Positions 28,170 through 37,970 of a stretch of DNA of 64,000 nt are shown piece by piece; positions within the stretch are counted from its first letter, which is position 1, and every line of letters starts with the position of its first letter. The translations under genes were made by a program, and so were the position numbers. The notes under the pieces were generated by a model. That model saw only the letters and a list, made by a program, of their open reading frames with translations, was not told where the DNA came from and ran no database searches. Source of the stretch: Candidatus Latescibacterota bacterium (GTDB lineage: Bacteria > Latescibacterota > UBA2968 > UBA8231); assembly GCA_965242865.1 (NCBI GenBank), contig CBDETK010000013.1, positions 96,001-160,000 of the forward strand, in the 5' to 3' direction.

Positions 28170-29069
28170 CTACTCGGCAAACGTGGATTTGATCCGGCCC
28201 CAGCCCACTTCCTCTACGGACGTTTCCTCTTCCGTTCCCTCTCCAGCCATGACTTGGGAAGCCCAGTCGATGTCCGGGTCGATGGGCGCGAGCAGAAAGT
28301 CGGAGAGCAAATCGCCTTGGAAGTAGCTGTCTGTGGCGCCGCTCAAGGTCCAATAGCCTTCATAGCCGGCACTTTCGAGATCGTCGTCGTCGATGATCGT
28401 GAAGTGAAAGCCAATGATGTTGCCCTCGACCAGCGTACCGATGGTGCTCTGGTCGATCCCGTTCCAGTTCAGGTTGTCGAACGGGGTCAGCATGTACTCG
28501 GCCCGGAAGAAGCCTTCGCCGCCTTCCTCCGCCGTCTGGGTGGAGGCAAACTGCCCGTAGGGCGGCTCGGTGATCCACTGAGCTTTGCCCCAATGGTTCA
28601 GACCCGGACCGCCCTGATTGAAACCATAGTTTTGGGCGTGGGCGCCGTGCAGCAAATCCTTCTGGTCTTGGTCTTCCACGTCGGCCCACACGTTAAACAT
28701 GCCGCCGCTGTGGTCTGCGTCGAACACCATCTCCATCGGCTCCCAGCCGGTGGTGACCCATATCGCGTCGTCGAAGCGATCCTCCATGACGTAGAGCTTG
28801 TTGGTAGTGGGATTCCAGCCGACGATGGCCCGCAACGCTAAGTCGGTGGCGTCCCACGCAGTGCCGACGCCGCGCACGGTCTCGGTCAATTGCTCATGGG
28901 TGATCCAGTAGCCTTCGGGAATGACTTCCCACTCGATGAGGTTGCCGTCAATGGTGGGAATGTTGGCATCGGGAAACTGCACGGCGGGGAACACCACATC
29001 TACGGGCAGGTGTGCCCCCGCAGGGACCGCCGCGAGGGCGAGGGCAAAAATCAGGGCGAGCTTTTTCAT
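28170..29069 (-). CDS. Secreted acidic protein, CBM9/DOMON-like, with C-terminal WGxIK motif
   Basis: RBS GGAG; signal peptide; PTIDGNLIEW; ends TSVEEVGWGRIKSTFAE. Confidence 0.7.
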   Translation of the reverse strand: MKKLALIFALALAAVPAGAHLPVDVVFPAVQFPDANIPTIDGNLIEWEVIPEGYWITHEQLTETVRGVGTAWDATDLALRAIVGWNPTTNKLYVMEDRFDDAIWVTTGWEPMEMVFDADHSGGMFNVWADVEDQDQKDLLHGAHAQNYGFNQGGPGLNHWGKAQWITEPPYGQFASTQTAEEGGEGFFRAEYMLTPFDNLNWNGIDQSTIGTLVEGNIIGFHFTIIDDDDLESAGYEGYWTLSGATDSYFQGDLLSDFLLAPIDPDIDWASQVMAGEGTEEETSVEEVGWGRIKSTFAE

Positions 29070-29297
29070 TGCGCTACTCCATTGGAAAGAGGTTGGGAAA
29101 TACCTTCTCTGCACGTGCTTTTGCCGTTTCGGCTTACAGTGTACGAAATCTGCTTCTCATATCAAAATTAAAAAAGGCGTTGAGCACCCCTTTCATGCTA
29201 CAAGGCGGCTTGAGAATGTTTGGGCACTGGCCCATCTTATCTTTAATGATCGTGAAGTAGAGGCATAACCAATCCCCTAACCAAAGGACAAACGACC

Positions 29298-29561
29298 ATG
29301 AGTGAACCCATTACGCCGCAGCAAGACCACGACCGCCGTATAGGACGAATGGAAGGCATCGCCGAGCAGTTAGACCGCCGTTTGGACAGCATTGAGCGGG
29401 CGGTTGCCGAGCAAGGCCACCAACTGCGGCAAGATCTTGCCGAGCAAGGCCACCAACTGCGGCAAGACATCCGCGAACTGCGCTCCAGCGTCCGCTGGCT
29501 CATCGGCATTCAGTTCGGCGTAGTCGGCTTGTTGGTATCCATCCTGTTGAAGCTGAATTAA
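29298..29561 (+). CDS. Small coiled-coil protein with C-terminal membrane anchor (paralog B)
   Basis: RBS AAGGA; 33-nt tandem duplication encoding AEQGHQLRQD twice. Confidence 0.75.
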   Translation: MSEPITPQQDHDRRIGRMEGIAEQLDRRLDSIERAVAEQGHQLRQDLAEQGHQLRQDIRELRSSVRWLIGIQFGVVGLLVSILLKLN

Positions 29562-29570
29562 CCTGCCACC

Positions 29571-30929
29571 GTGTTCGTCGCCCTGATATACGTCCCGCTC
29601 CTCGCCCTCGCCTGTGCAGCACACGCGCTCGACGACAGGCTGCTGGCCCAAGTGGGCGCGGAGCAGATCACTGAGCGGGACTATCGCCGGTTTGTCGCCG
29701 GCTTGCCCGAATGGACTAAGAGCACGGCCCAAGGCGGCGAGCAAGTGCGCGACTATCTGCAATCCCTCGTCGATCGCGCCCTCATCTTGCGCGCCGCGCG
29801 GGCGCAGCAGGTGGAGCAAAGCGTGGCCGTGCAAAAGGACTTGGAAGCGGCCCTGCGGCTGAAAGTGGGGCAGGCAATGGAGCAACGCTACATCCGCCCC
29901 GCGGTCTCGGTCCGCGAAGCCGCGTTGCAGCGAAAGTATGCCGCGCAGGGGTGGGAGCGGCAGCTCAAGATCGCCCACATTTTCGTGCGGACGCGCCCGC
30001 CGGCCGAAGCGGCCCTAGCCGCCCTGCACGCCGGCCGGTCCTTTGCAGAAGTAGCGCGCGAGTTTTCGCAAAACCGCACCACGGCGGCGCACGGAGGGGA
30101 AAAGCCGTACTACTACAGCCGCATCAACGCCATCCCGGCCGTGCGCGATTCCTTGTTTAGCTTGCCCAAAGGCGCGATCTCCGCCATCCTCCCCGTTCCC
30201 AAGGGGTACGAGATTTTCAAGGTCCTTGACGAGCGCACGGCTTCTTACGAGCAAATGCGGCCGCAAATCCTCAAGGCCGTTATGAGCGCGCGATTGCAGG
30301 CGCGGCGGCGGGCTTACATCGACTCATTGGCCGAGCAGTTTGAGTGGCAGGAGGTTGCCGAAGGCATGGCCCGGCTCCGGCGCGTCTTGCACCGCGGCGA
30401 GCAAGCGGGCGATAACAAGGTGTTTTACCTCGCGGAGGCCGACGCCGCGGCCGCACTGTACGCGTACCGGGGCGGCGCGATCAACGTGGGAGAAGCGGTG
30501 AGCCGCTCGCAGTTTATTCGCCAAGGGCGCTATGTGGAGGACAGCTTGAAGGTGGCCCAGTACTTGGAGCGCGACGTGAAGGTGCCGCAGCTTCTCCTGC
30601 TGCAAGGCCGCGTCTTGGGGATCGACCAAGAGCCGGCCGTTGCCGACTGGCTGGCGCGCAAAAAGGAAGAGATCCTCATCCGCGCCATGCGGCGGCGCGC
30701 CACCGCAAAGCCGGCGACCGAGCAAGAAATGCGCGCCCACTACGAGGCGCATCCGGGCCGGTATCCCGGGCGGCAGCCCACTGTAAGGAAGCGCGTCGCG
30801 CACACCTTGCGCCGGGGCCGCGAGAACGCCTTGTTCGCGCAGTGGCTGTACGCGTTGCGGGCGGCTGCGGCAGACGAGGTGATCTTCTTCGACGACAACA
30901 TCAACGCACTAGGGCAGGCCGCGCCGTGA
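29571..30929 (+). CDS. Parvulin/PpiC-type peptidyl-prolyl isomerase (SurA/PrsA-like)
   Basis: IAHIFV..., SFAEVAREFS, GYEIFKV. Confidence 0.75.
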   Translation: MFVALIYVPLLALACAAHALDDRLLAQVGAEQITERDYRRFVAGLPEWTKSTAQGGEQVRDYLQSLVDRALILRAARAQQVEQSVAVQKDLEAALRLKVGQAMEQRYIRPAVSVREAALQRKYAAQGWERQLKIAHIFVRTRPPAEAALAALHAGRSFAEVAREFSQNRTTAAHGGEKPYYYSRINAIPAVRDSLFSLPKGAISAILPVPKGYEIFKVLDERTASYEQMRPQILKAVMSARLQARRRAYIDSLAEQFEWQEVAEGMARLRRVLHRGEQAGDNKVFYLAEADAAAALYAYRGGAINVGEAVSRSQFIRQGRYVEDSLKVAQYLERDVKVPQLLLLQGRVLGIDQEPAVADWLARKKEEILIRAMRRRATAKPATEQEMRAHYEAHPGRYPGRQPTVRKRVAHTLRRGRENALFAQWLYALRAAAADEVIFFDDNINALGQAAP

Positions 30930-31804
30930 TCCAACGCGAGCGCCGCAAGCTGATCGCGCCCCTGCTCGGGCCGGCGCTCGGGCTGCACATCGCGTTCTTC
31001 GTGCTGCCCGTGTGCAACGCATTCTACTATTCCCTGACTTCTTGGTCGGGCGTGTCGCCGGAAAAGGAGTTCATCGGCCTCGCCAATTTTAGTCGCGCCT
31101 TGGCCGATCCGACCTTTCTCACGGCCTTAGAAAACGTCGTTTTGTTCGGCGTCCTCGGGTTCGTCGTAGTCTTTCCCCTGAGCCTGCTGTTCGCGGTGGT
31201 CCTCGCCCAAAAGCCGCCCTTGGCGGGGTTCCTAAAATTCGTGGTTTTTGCCCCGACCCTGCTCTCGGTCGTGGTCACGGCCGTGCTGTGGGGCAGCATC
31301 TACAACCCGGTCATCGGCCTGCTCAACGAAACCCTGCGCAGCGTCGGGCTAGACGCGCTCGCTCGGCCTTGGCTGGGCAGCCGCCACAACGCTTTGCCGG
31401 CCATTGCCATCGCCATGATCTGGCAGGGGCTGGGCACATACGTGATCCTGTTTTTGGCCGGCCTGCAAAAAATTCCGCTCAGTTTTTACGAAGCGGCCGA
31501 GCTGGATGGGGCCAATGCGTGGCAGCAATTTTGGCACGTGACCCTGCCGCTGCTGTGGGACGTCGTGCAGATTTTAGTGGTTTTCTGGATCATCGGGGCC
31601 TTTCAAGCCTTTGCCCTCATCTTCGTCATCACGCGCGGCTATCCCAACGTCATTGAGGTGCTGGGCACGTACATCTACTGGGCCGGCTTTCAGGGGCAGA
31701 GCATTGGCTATGCCTCGGCCATGGGGGTCGTCATGTTCTTCCTCGTATTGGCGTTTAGCCTCGCGGTCCATCGTCTGATGCGCCGCGAAGGCGTGGAATA
31801 TTAG
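30926..31804 (+). CDS. Carbohydrate ABC transporter permease
   Basis: LAGLQKIPLSFYEAAELDGANAWQQFWHVTLP (EAA loop); GTG start overlapping the upstream stop. Confidence 0.9.
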   Translation: MIQRERRKLIAPLLGPALGLHIAFFVLPVCNAFYYSLTSWSGVSPEKEFIGLANFSRALADPTFLTALENVVLFGVLGFVVVFPLSLLFAVVLAQKPPLAGFLKFVVFAPTLLSVVVTAVLWGSIYNPVIGLLNETLRSVGLDALARPWLGSRHNALPAIAIAMIWQGLGTYVILFLAGLQKIPLSFYEAAELDGANAWQQFWHVTLPLLWDVVQILVVFWIIGAFQAFALIFVITRGYPNVIEVLGTYIYWAGFQGQSIGYASAMGVVMFFLVLAFSLAVHRLMRREGVEY

Positions 31805-31867
31805 TAGGTCATAGCCCCCGTGCTATGACCTACACGGAGGCTATGACCAACAGGGGCTATGACCTAC
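31804..31867. repeat. GTAG-type REP-like element with 15-bp terminal inverted repeats
   Basis: GTAGGTCATAGCCCC ... GGGGCTATGACCTAC; GCTATGACC present three times. Confidence 0.7.
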
Positions 31868-31869
31868 GT

Positions 31870-32700
31870 ATGATGCGTCGTCTGACTAAATTGCTGGCTA
31901 TCCTGTTTATGGGGGGGTATTGTCTGAGCTCTTTAATCGCCCTTTGCTGGGTGGCCTATACCTCGGTTAAGACCAATCCCGAGTTCTTTGCCAGCACTTG
32001 GGCCTTGCCGACCGAATGGCGGTGGAGCAATTACGCGTACGCTTGGGACAACGCCGAAATTGGCCGCTACTTTTTTAATACCGCCTATATCACCGCGCTC
32101 GCCGCGCTCGGCACCCTAGCGGCGTCGGCCATGGCCGCGTACGTCCTGTCGCGGGTGGTCTTTCCGTTTCGGCGCTTGACCTTGTATCTCTTCCTGTCGG
32201 CCATGATGGTGCCGCCCATGCTGTACCTCTTCCCGCTCTTCGTGCAAATGCGGCATTTGCACCTCACCAACAGCCACTTTGGGTTGATCGCGCTCTACAT
32301 CGCCACCGGGCTGCCCTTTTCGATTTTTGTCCTGACGGGCTTTTTTAAGACCCTGCCGACCGAAATGGAAGAGGCCGCGCTGATCGACGGGGCCTCGCCG
32401 TGGCGGACCTTTTGGCTGATCGCGCTGCCGCTGGCCAAGCCCGGGCTGATCGCGGTTTCCATCTTCAACTGCATCAATTACTGGAACGAGTTTTTCTGGT
32501 CGCTCATCCTGCTCCGCACCGGCAAGCTCTACACGCTGGCGCGCGGCCTGCAAACCTTGTTTTGGAACATGTCAACCGAATCGCGCTGGACCGAGTTGTT
32601 TGCCGGGCTGGTGATCGTCATGCTGCCCCTGATCGCGGTGTTCATCCTGTTGCAGAACCGCATCACCGAGGGCCTGACGGCCGGCGCGCTAAAGGGATAG
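31870..32700 (+). CDS. Carbohydrate ABC transporter permease
   Basis: FFKTLPTEMEEAALIDGAS, WNEF, GLTAGALKG; start taken downstream of the repeat. Confidence 0.9.
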   Translation: MMRRLTKLLAILFMGGYCLSSLIALCWVAYTSVKTNPEFFASTWALPTEWRWSNYAYAWDNAEIGRYFFNTAYITALAALGTLAASAMAAYVLSRVVFPFRRLTLYLFLSAMMVPPMLYLFPLFVQMRHLHLTNSHFGLIALYIATGLPFSIFVLTGFFKTLPTEMEEAALIDGASPWRTFWLIALPLAKPGLIAVSIFNCINYWNEFFWSLILLRTGKLYTLARGLQTLFWNMSTESRWTELFAGLVIVMLPLIAVFILLQNRITEGLTAGALKG

Positions 32701-35112
32701 CCAGTAATTGGCCTTGATAAAGAAGAGATCCGAACCCGCGTCGAGGAAGCTCTCGCCGATATTCTTCAGCGGGCGGAAGGAAGGTTGTGACGAGAACGCA
32801 CTGTTTGCTTGGGACCATACCAAGAATAAGGTGCTGCCCGGCCGGTATTCCCAACGCAGGACCATGTTGCTTTGCAGTGAACGGCGGCGGAAATCGGGAT
32901 TGTAGGACAACGCTGAATACGGGGTAAACAGGTACGAGCTCGGGCTGGCTAGTTCCTTGAAGTTTTTGTAGGTCCCAACCGCCAGAAACGGCTGCAAGTA
33001 GAGCTCTAGGCTCAGATCCCGACTGAAGATCACATTGAGGCGGGTCGTCAGATCGAGCGTCTTGCTACTCAGGGTTCCATATACGTGTTCAACTATGCCA
33101 TTCCCATCCGCGTCTATGTTCCCAACCCACTGTGCATCATCGAAACCCCACTGATAGCGTGGCTGAAAGTGATACTCGATGTAATCAGCGGGTTTGATTT
33201 CTACGCTCAATGCCAGCGTGCGCCAAGAGCTACCTTCTGTGTCGTTCCCCCAAGAAAAGCCGAGTTGGCTGCTTATGGCTCGCCGATCGTCGCTTTCGAG
33301 CTGCAGATCAAAATCGGTGCTAGCAGGCCGGACGATGAGCGGGCCACCCCGAGTGTCTAGATCGTCCTGGGTGCGGAAATTATGGTCAATTGAGCCAAAG
33401 AGTTCCCAGTAGGTACTGAACTGATGCCAAGTGCTCAAGCCGATGCCGTTTGCCAGTACTACGTCGTCAAAGTTCCAACGCCGCCACTGCTCAATGTTCA
33501 GGCTGTTCCGACGGAAAACATGCCATGGACGATCCTTGCGCAGCGCGAGTTGCCCCCGAGTTTCGTAGAAGTTGTTCCGCCATAGAAAACCCAGATCGTT
33601 GATTTCAAAGCCTTTTGAGTACGCTTTCCAATGGAATTCTCCGCGTAGCCAACCGCTCCGCTTGCCCACGGCCATCTCATTGCCCCACCCCCTTTGCCGC
33701 TCGGCAGCCGATCCGGTGTGGCTACCGGCGATCTGTCCCCAGAAATCGTAGGCGTTCTGCCCCGAATGCAGCCACCAATCCACACTCCCAGAGTACGCGT
33801 CCGCAGCCTGATGTCGGTTGAGGCTCGTTCCGGTCAGGCCAATGTGAGAGTTGCCTTGGAAAAGGTCTTGTTGTACTCGGCCAACCAAGATGTGGGAGCG
33901 CGGCTCGAGAATAAAATCACGACGGTTTTTTTCTTCTTCTACACTTTTTAGCGCTGCATATTCTTGCGCGGTGAGTGCTTCCATAAACCCAAAGCTGGTC
34001 TTGCCGGTGGTCTTGCCCATTATTTTAACGGCTCCTAAAATGGTGGTAAAATCTGGCCGGTCCACCACCTCAAAGCCGCTGGGGATGCGATTGAAGCCGG
34101 GCTGCTTGCCAATGCGACGGGAATAGAAAAGCTGGATCGGCGTGCGGAAATTATCAGCACCATCCACGAAAAAGGGACGCCGCTCCTCAAAGAAGGTCTC
34201 AAAGACCGAAAGGTTTAGTACGGCCGGATCGGCCTCCACCTGCCCGAAGTCGGGATTGACTGTGGCGTTGAGCGAGAGGCCCGAGGTCAGGCCGTAGCGC
34301 ATATTAACCCCCAGATTGCCAAAGAAATCGCGGCTATCGGACCCATCGTCGGAGCTAAAGGTGGATCGGCCGACGATATAGGGCATAATCTCCAACGGTT
34401 TCGGGGGAATGATCTGCTCAATACCTTCGAGGTGGTCAAAGTGCGATGGCCAACCGCTTTGCTCAAGCGGCACCATGCGCCAATATACATCTTCTTTTTT
34501 GCGACTTATATAGCGAATTACGTTGATGCCCCAAGTGTATTTCTCTTGGGGACTGAAGCGGAGTGCTTGATAGGGAATTTTGTACTCTACACACCACCCG
34601 TTCTCATGCCGGCTTTGCCGCGCTTGCCAGACCCCATCCCAAGCGCTGTCCCAACCCCGTCCATCGTCGTAATTGTAGCCATCAGTCAGGGAGCCGCCGG
34701 CGAATACTTGGAACACAAAGTTTGTCTGATGATCGTGGTGGGCATCAATGGCAATCTGTACGAAATCTGCTTCTGACCACTGATCGCGGCGGGCGAGACG
34801 AGCCACGATGTTCTCGGGCTGGCGATCAAAGGCCATCACACCGACGTACAGTGCTTTGTCGTCATAAGCAAATTGTACTGTCGTCGATTCGGTGGCCGCT
34901 TGGCCCGTATCGGGTCGCCGCTGGGTAAATCCCGTAAAGACAGGGGCTCGCTGCCAGATTAAGTCGTCTAAGCGACCGTCGATTTTAGGTGGAGTAGAAT
35001 GGAGCCGTATGGCACTTAGAGGCTTGCTTTCTCCGTCTTGGACATGGCCCCAAAGCGGATCGCCTCCAACGACAATGGCAGTGAGTGTTATGGCTACGAA
35101 TAAACGCATCAT
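32689..35112 (-). CDS. DUF5916-family protein with N-terminal CBM9-like domain (copy 1)
   Basis: PPKIDGRLDD, NATVNPDFGQVEAD, FFEERRPFF, FYSRRIG, LRWEYRPGSTLFLVW; RBS GAGGAG. Confidence 0.85.
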   Translation of the reverse strand: MMRLFVAITLTAIVVGGDPLWGHVQDGESKPLSAIRLHSTPPKIDGRLDDLIWQRAPVFTGFTQRRPDTGQAATESTTVQFAYDDKALYVGVMAFDRQPENIVARLARRDQWSEADFVQIAIDAHHDHQTNFVFQVFAGGSLTDGYNYDDGRGWDSAWDGVWQARQSRHENGWCVEYKIPYQALRFSPQEKYTWGINVIRYISRKKEDVYWRMVPLEQSGWPSHFDHLEGIEQIIPPKPLEIMPYIVGRSTFSSDDGSDSRDFFGNLGVNMRYGLTSGLSLNATVNPDFGQVEADPAVLNLSVFETFFEERRPFFVDGADNFRTPIQLFYSRRIGKQPGFNRIPSGFEVVDRPDFTTILGAVKIMGKTTGKTSFGFMEALTAQEYAALKSVEEEKNRRDFILEPRSHILVGRVQQDLFQGNSHIGLTGTSLNRHQAADAYSGSVDWWLHSGQNAYDFWGQIAGSHTGSAAERQRGWGNEMAVGKRSGWLRGEFHWKAYSKGFEINDLGFLWRNNFYETRGQLALRKDRPWHVFRRNSLNIEQWRRWNFDDVVLANGIGLSTWHQFSTYWELFGSIDHNFRTQDDLDTRGGPLIVRPASTDFDLQLESDDRRAISSQLGFSWGNDTEGSSWRTLALSVEIKPADYIEYHFQPRYQWGFDDAQWVGNIDADGNGIVEHVYGTLSSKTLDLTTRLNVIFSRDLSLELYLQPFLAVGTYKNFKELASPSSYLFTPYSALSYNPDFRRRSLQSNMVLRWEYRPGSTLFLVWSQANSAFSSQPSFRPLKNIGESFLDAGSDLFFIKANYWLSL

Positions 35113-35167
35113 GGCGAGTCTCCTCATCCGTTCCCAAGAAGCATTGGTTTGAGGCGATTTTTCGTTG

Positions 35168-35301
35168 GAAGCGTTCTTAAAATTAGGGTTTCAGTGTCTG
35201 ATTCGGCTTGGTTCTTTGCTGGATTCCCGCGTTCGCGGGAATGACCCCTAGAGGCGTCAGGCAAGACGAGTCAAAAACAACATGAGTGTTAAGAACGCTT
35301 C
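35168..35301. mobile_element. MITE-like element, 134 bp, with 13-bp terminal inverted repeats
   Basis: GAAGCGTTCTTAA ... TTAAGAACGCTTC enclosing an ATTCCC-N8-GGGAAT palindrome. Confidence 0.55.
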
Positions 35302-35443
35302 TTAGATGATTGCTAGGCTAATGATTAAGGCAACACAATGTCAACACATGCCCTCGCGGAAATGGGAGGTGACAGGCGCGCGGGAAGTTTTTATGATCTT
35401 TGCAAAAAGTCTCCCCTAAAAGGCATATTCGCATCCGACAATC

Positions 35444-36751
35444 ATGAACCGCCGCGACGTCCTCAAATATCTCGCCGCCGCTTTTGCCAGCGGCTGCGGC
35501 CGGTACGCACCCGGGGAAAACGCGCTGGAGATCGCCAACCTCCAGCCTCCAGCCTCCCAAGTGCCGATCAATCAGCTTATGTGGCGGGCCGTGGCGCGCT
35601 TCCGCAAGACGCACCCAGAGGTGCAAGTCGAGCCGGCCAGCGGCGGTGGCGGCGGATACCAAGAACTGATGATTCGCGTCATGGAGGGGCATCCGCCGGA
35701 CATCATGTCCTTTGCCACGGCCGAGACCGGCCTTACCTACGCTTACGTCGAACAGGGGCACGTCCTCGATATAACCGAGTACCTCCAGCGGCCCGCTTGG
35801 GATACCCCGGGCAAGACTTGGCTGGAGACCATCGACCCGCTCTACCGAGAGCCGCTGACGCACCAAGGCCGCTTTTACGCCATCCCCCAAAACGTGATTT
35901 CCCTGCAAGTGTATTGCAATGCCGAGCTGTACCAACGCGCCGGGGCCGACCTCAATCCGCAGACTTGGGACCAGTTTCTCGACAACTGCGCCCGCCTCAA
36001 ACGCGCCGGTATCGTCCCCATTACCCAAGATGGCATCCACTGGTACACGAGTTGGTGGTTCGATCACCTAGCCCAGCGCATCCTCGGCGCCGACAAGGTG
36101 CGCCAAGCCTTCCGCGACCCCCAGCGCCAGACCCCATGGACCGAACCCGGGTTTCTCCAAGCGGCCCGCATGGTCGAACAGATGCTGGAGCGGGAGTACT
36201 TCGCCGCGGGGTTTGCCGGCCTCAACCACATCGAGTCCGAGCTTTTGTTCTGGCAGGGCCGCGCGGCCACCGTGTTTGTCGGCAGTTGGTTTACCAGTGG
36301 CCGCGCCCAAGTAATCGGGCAGGATTTCCCCTTGTACGCCTTTCGCTTTCCCGCCGTTGAGGGCGGGCGCGGGAATCCGCGTGACCTGATCGGCACGGTC
36401 AACACCCAGAGCATCCCCGCGTTGGCTCGCCAGCCCGAGCGCGCGGCCGAGTTTCTGCGCTTGGTAAACAGCCGCTGGTTCCAAGCGCAGATGGTGCAAC
36501 AGGCCCAGATGATCAGCCCGCTTATTGGGATGCCGCTGCCCGGCAGCCAACAAGGCTTAGACCAAATCCTCGCCGCGACCGAGCAGTTCTACTCGTTTTC
36601 CTTTGGGCTAGAAGGGGCGCACCCGTTCTTGTATCGCCAATACTGGAACGAGTGGAACCAGTTCATGGTGGCGCGTGCGCTATCGGCGTCCCAACTGGTG
36701 GAAAACCTCGAAAGCATTTTTACTCGGTATTACGAGCACTCCGCGGCCTAG
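35444..36751 (+). CDS. Carbohydrate ABC transporter substrate-binding protein (Tat/lipoprotein signal)
   Basis: MNRRDVLK...ASGC; PPDI, YAIP, PQTWDQF. Confidence 0.85.
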   Translation: MNRRDVLKYLAAAFASGCGRYAPGENALEIANLQPPASQVPINQLMWRAVARFRKTHPEVQVEPASGGGGGYQELMIRVMEGHPPDIMSFATAETGLTYAYVEQGHVLDITEYLQRPAWDTPGKTWLETIDPLYREPLTHQGRFYAIPQNVISLQVYCNAELYQRAGADLNPQTWDQFLDNCARLKRAGIVPITQDGIHWYTSWWFDHLAQRILGADKVRQAFRDPQRQTPWTEPGFLQAARMVEQMLEREYFAAGFAGLNHIESELLFWQGRAATVFVGSWFTSGRAQVIGQDFPLYAFRFPAVEGGRGNPRDLIGTVNTQSIPALARQPERAAEFLRLVNSRWFQAQMVQQAQMISPLIGMPLPGSQQGLDQILAATEQFYSFSFGLEGAHPFLYRQYWNEWNQFMVARALSASQLVENLESIFTRYYEHSAA

Positions 36752-36834
36752 TCGGCAGAACAGCACCACCGCGGCCACCCCGCACAGATAGGCCCTTTTC
36801 TGGTCGGCCACCGCGCACTCCGCCGAGGCCTGGC

Positions 36835-37830
36835 TCAACCCGCAATAAGCCCGGTCCCGCGCAGCAAGGTTTCCTGCACGAGGAGCTCGTGGTCGAGCGT
36901 CCGGTCGGGTGCTTGCTCGCCCTTGAGCACCCTGACGAAGGACGCCAATTCGAGTTCGTACAGCCCCTGCCGCGCAATCCCGGCAAAAGGCACCATCTGG
37001 ACGCCCTGTGCGTAGCCAGCGGCGGCCTCGGTTAGGCAGAGCCGAATGGCGTGGCCCGGCTCAAAAGGCTCGAGCAGAATCGCACTGCCGCGCTCGCCAT
37101 AGACCTCAAAGCGCCGGGCCATCGGTTGCGGCTCCATGGCCGCAATATCGACCCAAGCCATGGCCCGCTCGTATTCAAAAACGCCGAGCGTATTGTCCTG
37201 AAACCCGGGCACGCCTCCGGTGTCTTGCCGCAGAAAGGTCGTCACTTGCTCTGGCCGCCCCAAAATCCACACCACTTGATCGAGCATGTGCCCGGCTAGA
37301 TCGTAGAAGATGCCGCCGTGGTGCCCGGCCGCGATTACTGCGCGCCCGGCTGGGGGGATGTTGGTGGACATGTGGGCGCGCACCGCATAGACATGGCCCA
37401 AAAACCCCGTGCGCGCCCACTCTGCGATCTGGCTGAAGCCGGGATGGTAGCGCAGCATAAAGCCCATTTGCACTTGCAGATCGGCGGCCCGGGCTTCGGC
37501 GACGACTCGCTGCCATTGGGGCCAATCGTCCCCGGCCGGCTTGTCGTACCACACGTGCTTGCCCGCGCGGACGATGCGCTCGGTCTGGTCCAAGCTCTCG
37601 TCGTTGCGGCCCTCGGAGGCGACCGCCGCAATGGAGCGGTCGCCGAGCAGCTCTTCCTCGCTTTCCAAGAAGCGGACTTGCCGATAGGGTTCGTCGCTGG
37701 CGACTTGCTGGCGCCGCTCGGCATCGGGTTCGTACAGGCCGACGACTTCGACCTCGGGATTGTCGAGCATTGCCTTGAGTTTGCCAGCGGCGTGCCCGTG
37801 CTTGGTGCCGTATTGCGCCATGCGGATCAT
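36835..37830 (-). CDS. Gfo/Idh/MocA-family oxidoreductase
   Basis: GKHVWYDKP, GFMLRYHP, GGIFYDLAGHMLD. Confidence 0.85.
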   Translation of the reverse strand: MIRMAQYGTKHGHAAGKLKAMLDNPEVEVVGLYEPDAERRQQVASDEPYRQVRFLESEEELLGDRSIAAVASEGRNDESLDQTERIVRAGKHVWYDKPAGDDWPQWQRVVAEARAADLQVQMGFMLRYHPGFSQIAEWARTGFLGHVYAVRAHMSTNIPPAGRAVIAAGHHGGIFYDLAGHMLDQVVWILGRPEQVTTFLRQDTGGVPGFQDNTLGVFEYERAMAWVDIAAMEPQPMARRFEVYGERGSAILLEPFEPGHAIRLCLTEAAAGYAQGVQMVPFAGIARQGLYELELASFVRVLKGEQAPDRTLDHELLVQETLLRGTGLIAG

Positions 37831-37894
37831 GGGGTCTCCTCGCGGAAAAGGTGGAAGCAAAAATTGAGCAAACTTTGGAAATCGTCATAATCTC

Positions 37895-37961
37895 TTGTTT
37901 TTACAAGAAATTTTCACATCTGCGACATCCGCTTCTCGCCTAAAATCAAAACCCGATCAAA
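37895..37961. repeat. 67-bp imperfect direct repeat, copy 1 (copy 2 at 39542-39608)
   Basis: 61/67 identical by manual alignment. Confidence 0.85.
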
Positions 37962-37970
37962 CTTGGCCCC

